Source: Rhina ancylostomus (lineage: Eukaryota). From it: a DNA stretch of 64,000 nucleotides. Location of the stretch: contig JARFYF010000052.1 in NCBI GenBank assembly GCA_030265395.1, positions 75,784,240-75,848,239 of the forward strand, given 5' to 3'. The notes under the pieces are model-generated. The model had not been told where the DNA came from and did not search any database. It saw nothing but the letters and a program-made list of their open reading frames with translations. Below, piece after piece: positions 61,301 through 64,000 of the stretch (position 1 is its first letter; every line of letters starts with the position of its first letter). Both the position numbers and the translations under genes were made by a program.

Positions 61301-64000
61301 CTACTCAGATACACATATTTTTCTATTTACTCTGACCACAATAAGCCAAGTAAGAATATCCAGTTAATAAGGAACATACAACTGCAATAAATTTTAGCCT
61401 TTTCCAAACAAGATATCTGAACCTAGACACCATTTCTTTAAATTGGCATGTGAATCTGGACTGGAGCCCAAAAACTCTGCATAAAATTGCAGTCCTATTT
61501 TTCATTGCTTGTTCATAAGAAACAAGCAGGGTTAGACCCCAAAGACAAATACAGGAGCCTACAGGCAAGTATCAGCCCTTTGACATTACAGAATATGAAT
61601 GCTGTCAAGAATAAACAGAGTGAACTAAATCAAAGAGTTGTCAGCATATGAGAAGCATGATATATCTGTGCAACAATGAGTTATAGTCCCTTGGAAAGAG
61701 CTGCAGTAATGGAATAAATGACCTTGAACCTCAGAGATGACAGGGCCTCTGTGGGAGAGACCAGTCAATTCTCCCAGTAATACCAACTGTGCCTTAACCT
61801 TATCATTTTACAGTAGAAGCAATTCTTTGGTTGCCATTGGCGCTCACTTCCAAAAAGGTAAAAATGAAAAATAATTCCCTGTGAGGTCAAGGCTTAGTCA
61901 TAAATACAGATTCCCATCAAAGTGAAATGACACTAATATTTCTGATCAATTTGTAAGTTAAGTGTATGAATGTTTTATAGACCATTCTTGATAGATGGAG
62001 TTTTACCTATATCAAAGCAAGCATTTAAAAACAACCTTTAGAAGCCTTCATTACTCAGGTAAATTGTGAAATTAATAAACTGCTGGAGTAGTTTTTTTTT
62101 CAATCTCTTGTCTCCTGAAATAACCTTGTTACAAAGGAGAGACAGCAGAATGTGTGTACTCAAGAGAAAGCTTCTCAATGTATCTTTATCTGACCTGCAA
62201 TAAGACAAGGTTGAGTAGCGAGGGAACTGTTACATTCCCAAACTTAAATATTGTTTTCACCTGTAGGAATTTTAATTTTACTTTTAACTTCAGAGACAGA
62301 ATTGTAAGGCCCCTGTTTGAGTGAAAAATCATCTCAAAAACTGGATGTTTGTATTCCTTATTCTTTCTTCATGTCACTCTTTATTGTTAAATCTAAATTT
62401 TCAATTTCACAAAATATCCAGGATTAAGGTGACATTGCTCCAGATGGTCTGGATGTTGGACTAAATGCTCTGGTGGATTTTACCTGAACCCTTTGGTTGC
62501 TCTTTATCCCTGGCTCAGCCAAGCATCGAGGCTGCTTTGTGACAGAACAAAGCAGAGGAGATTCACCTCCCTGCCACTTTCCTTCCATGTCATGGCCCAT
62601 ATTTCAAGTGGAGCAATATTCCCGTGGCACTTAGCTGAACATTTATGCTCCTTCTTGCTGGTTAAGATTCACAACACATGCTGCCAATGCATGGAGCCTA
62701 TATAATGGGCACAGTATCTCCTGATACCTGAAAGGTGCATCAACTTCAACAACCAGCAATTAACATATTTAAGAAATATCATGCTCACTTCCCACAGGAA
62801 TGGAACTTGTCTCTTTTGCAAATGGTGACAAGTGGAATACCAGTGAGAACAAATAAGTTACAGCCACTCCCTCCATTTTCAACCTGTCACTTTGAACCAC
62901 CTAAAACAGCAATGATAGTCTTCCCCACGGACTGACAATATTCAATGGACCAACTATGCCAGCTGAATAATTCCATCAAAAATTATACTGCCATTTTCAG
63001 ACAACTTAAGTGGATATTTTAACACACTGTAATCTTTCAATAACATTATGTTATTATGTGAAGACTTTCTTTGCAAACCTTCAACATTCCTCACAGGTCA
63101 ATAACTTATTAGCTTTCATTGAGAGGTAAAGTGTCATGTATTCCTAATTTTAGATTAACAGTAGCCCATGAACAGCATAAATCTGCATAACATCAAATGT
63201 AATTACCCAAAGGTAATAGTACATAATTGGATGCATTCCAGGTTTCGGGTTGTATGTAAGAATACAGATGAATTCTTAGAAGTGACAATATAATTCTTCT
63301 CCTTAATTACCTGGCTGGAATTATGGAAAACAAATATTATGGAGCAATCATTTTGGGTGGGCTTTTTAACCTGCTTGGCTATAACTTTTAGGTCACTGGC
63401 TGATGCTATGAAGTCAGGAAAAATACTTGTGCTTAATTTTACATGCAGTCCTTTTAACATTACCATATGGAAAGGCTTTCTGAAGTTCCGACTATTTGGG
63501 ATTGTTGGAAGTTCATGCATACTCGGTAACAGGTTAGCCTGACAATGTGGGAGCTAAATGCCAGTGATCTGCATCCAATCAGATAGTCAGTCACGCTAAG
63601 TCAAAATAAAGTTAATCTGATTGGATACTTTGGATTTATAATTCTCTCCAGACGTTGTGCTCTACTCTGTCCGATTAAACTGCAAAAGTGTCATATCAAT
63701 CCGCTCTGTCCGTGAGAATCCCTTATGTAAGCTGGATTCTGGGAACACTTCAATAACTCAGACATCCTGCACCAATTGTGTGTCACATCTTCAATCTTTC
63801 CTTCAAGATTTCCTTCATTATTTATCAGGGAAGTGGTTTGAACTCCTACTCACCACAATGGGCAGATAAATTATGTAAGCAATTACAATACACAATTTTA
63901 AAAGATTTCCTTCATATCATTTTTTTGAGATAGCTCGATCAGAATTGGGATCTCTAATAGAGAAACTGCAAAAGCTGGCAGCATTAATAAAAGCATTCAT

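Overview
Vertebrate genomic DNA from a gapped short-read-style scaffold: AT-rich, CpG-depleted, with many N runs. Several fixed 100-N gaps are flanked by duplicated sequence. The repeat content points to a cartilaginous fish, probably a ray or sawfish-like batoid (inference from recalled repeat families). It comprises CR1, Rex1/Babar and RTE LINE relics, V-domain tRNA SINEs, Penelope-like elements and Gypsy-type LTRs. I found no intact protein-coding gene, rRNA, tRNA gene or CRISPR array. The window looks like a large intron or gene desert with TE-free islands and one candidate 34-nt micro-exon. The most interesting signals are: (1) minimal type I hammerhead-ribozyme motifs in the Penelope-like tails, one copy with an intact core; (2) a CpG-rich ~270-390 bp tandem array fused to a CR1 3' tail, resembling an SVA-like composite; (3) a short two-LTR element with a 5-bp TSD (TRIM-like) plus solo LTRs of the same family; (4) a young CpG-rich LTR with CRE, E-box and YY1 motifs, one copy followed by a PBS next to a gap. 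All family assignments are by eye and coordinates of degenerate relics are approximate.
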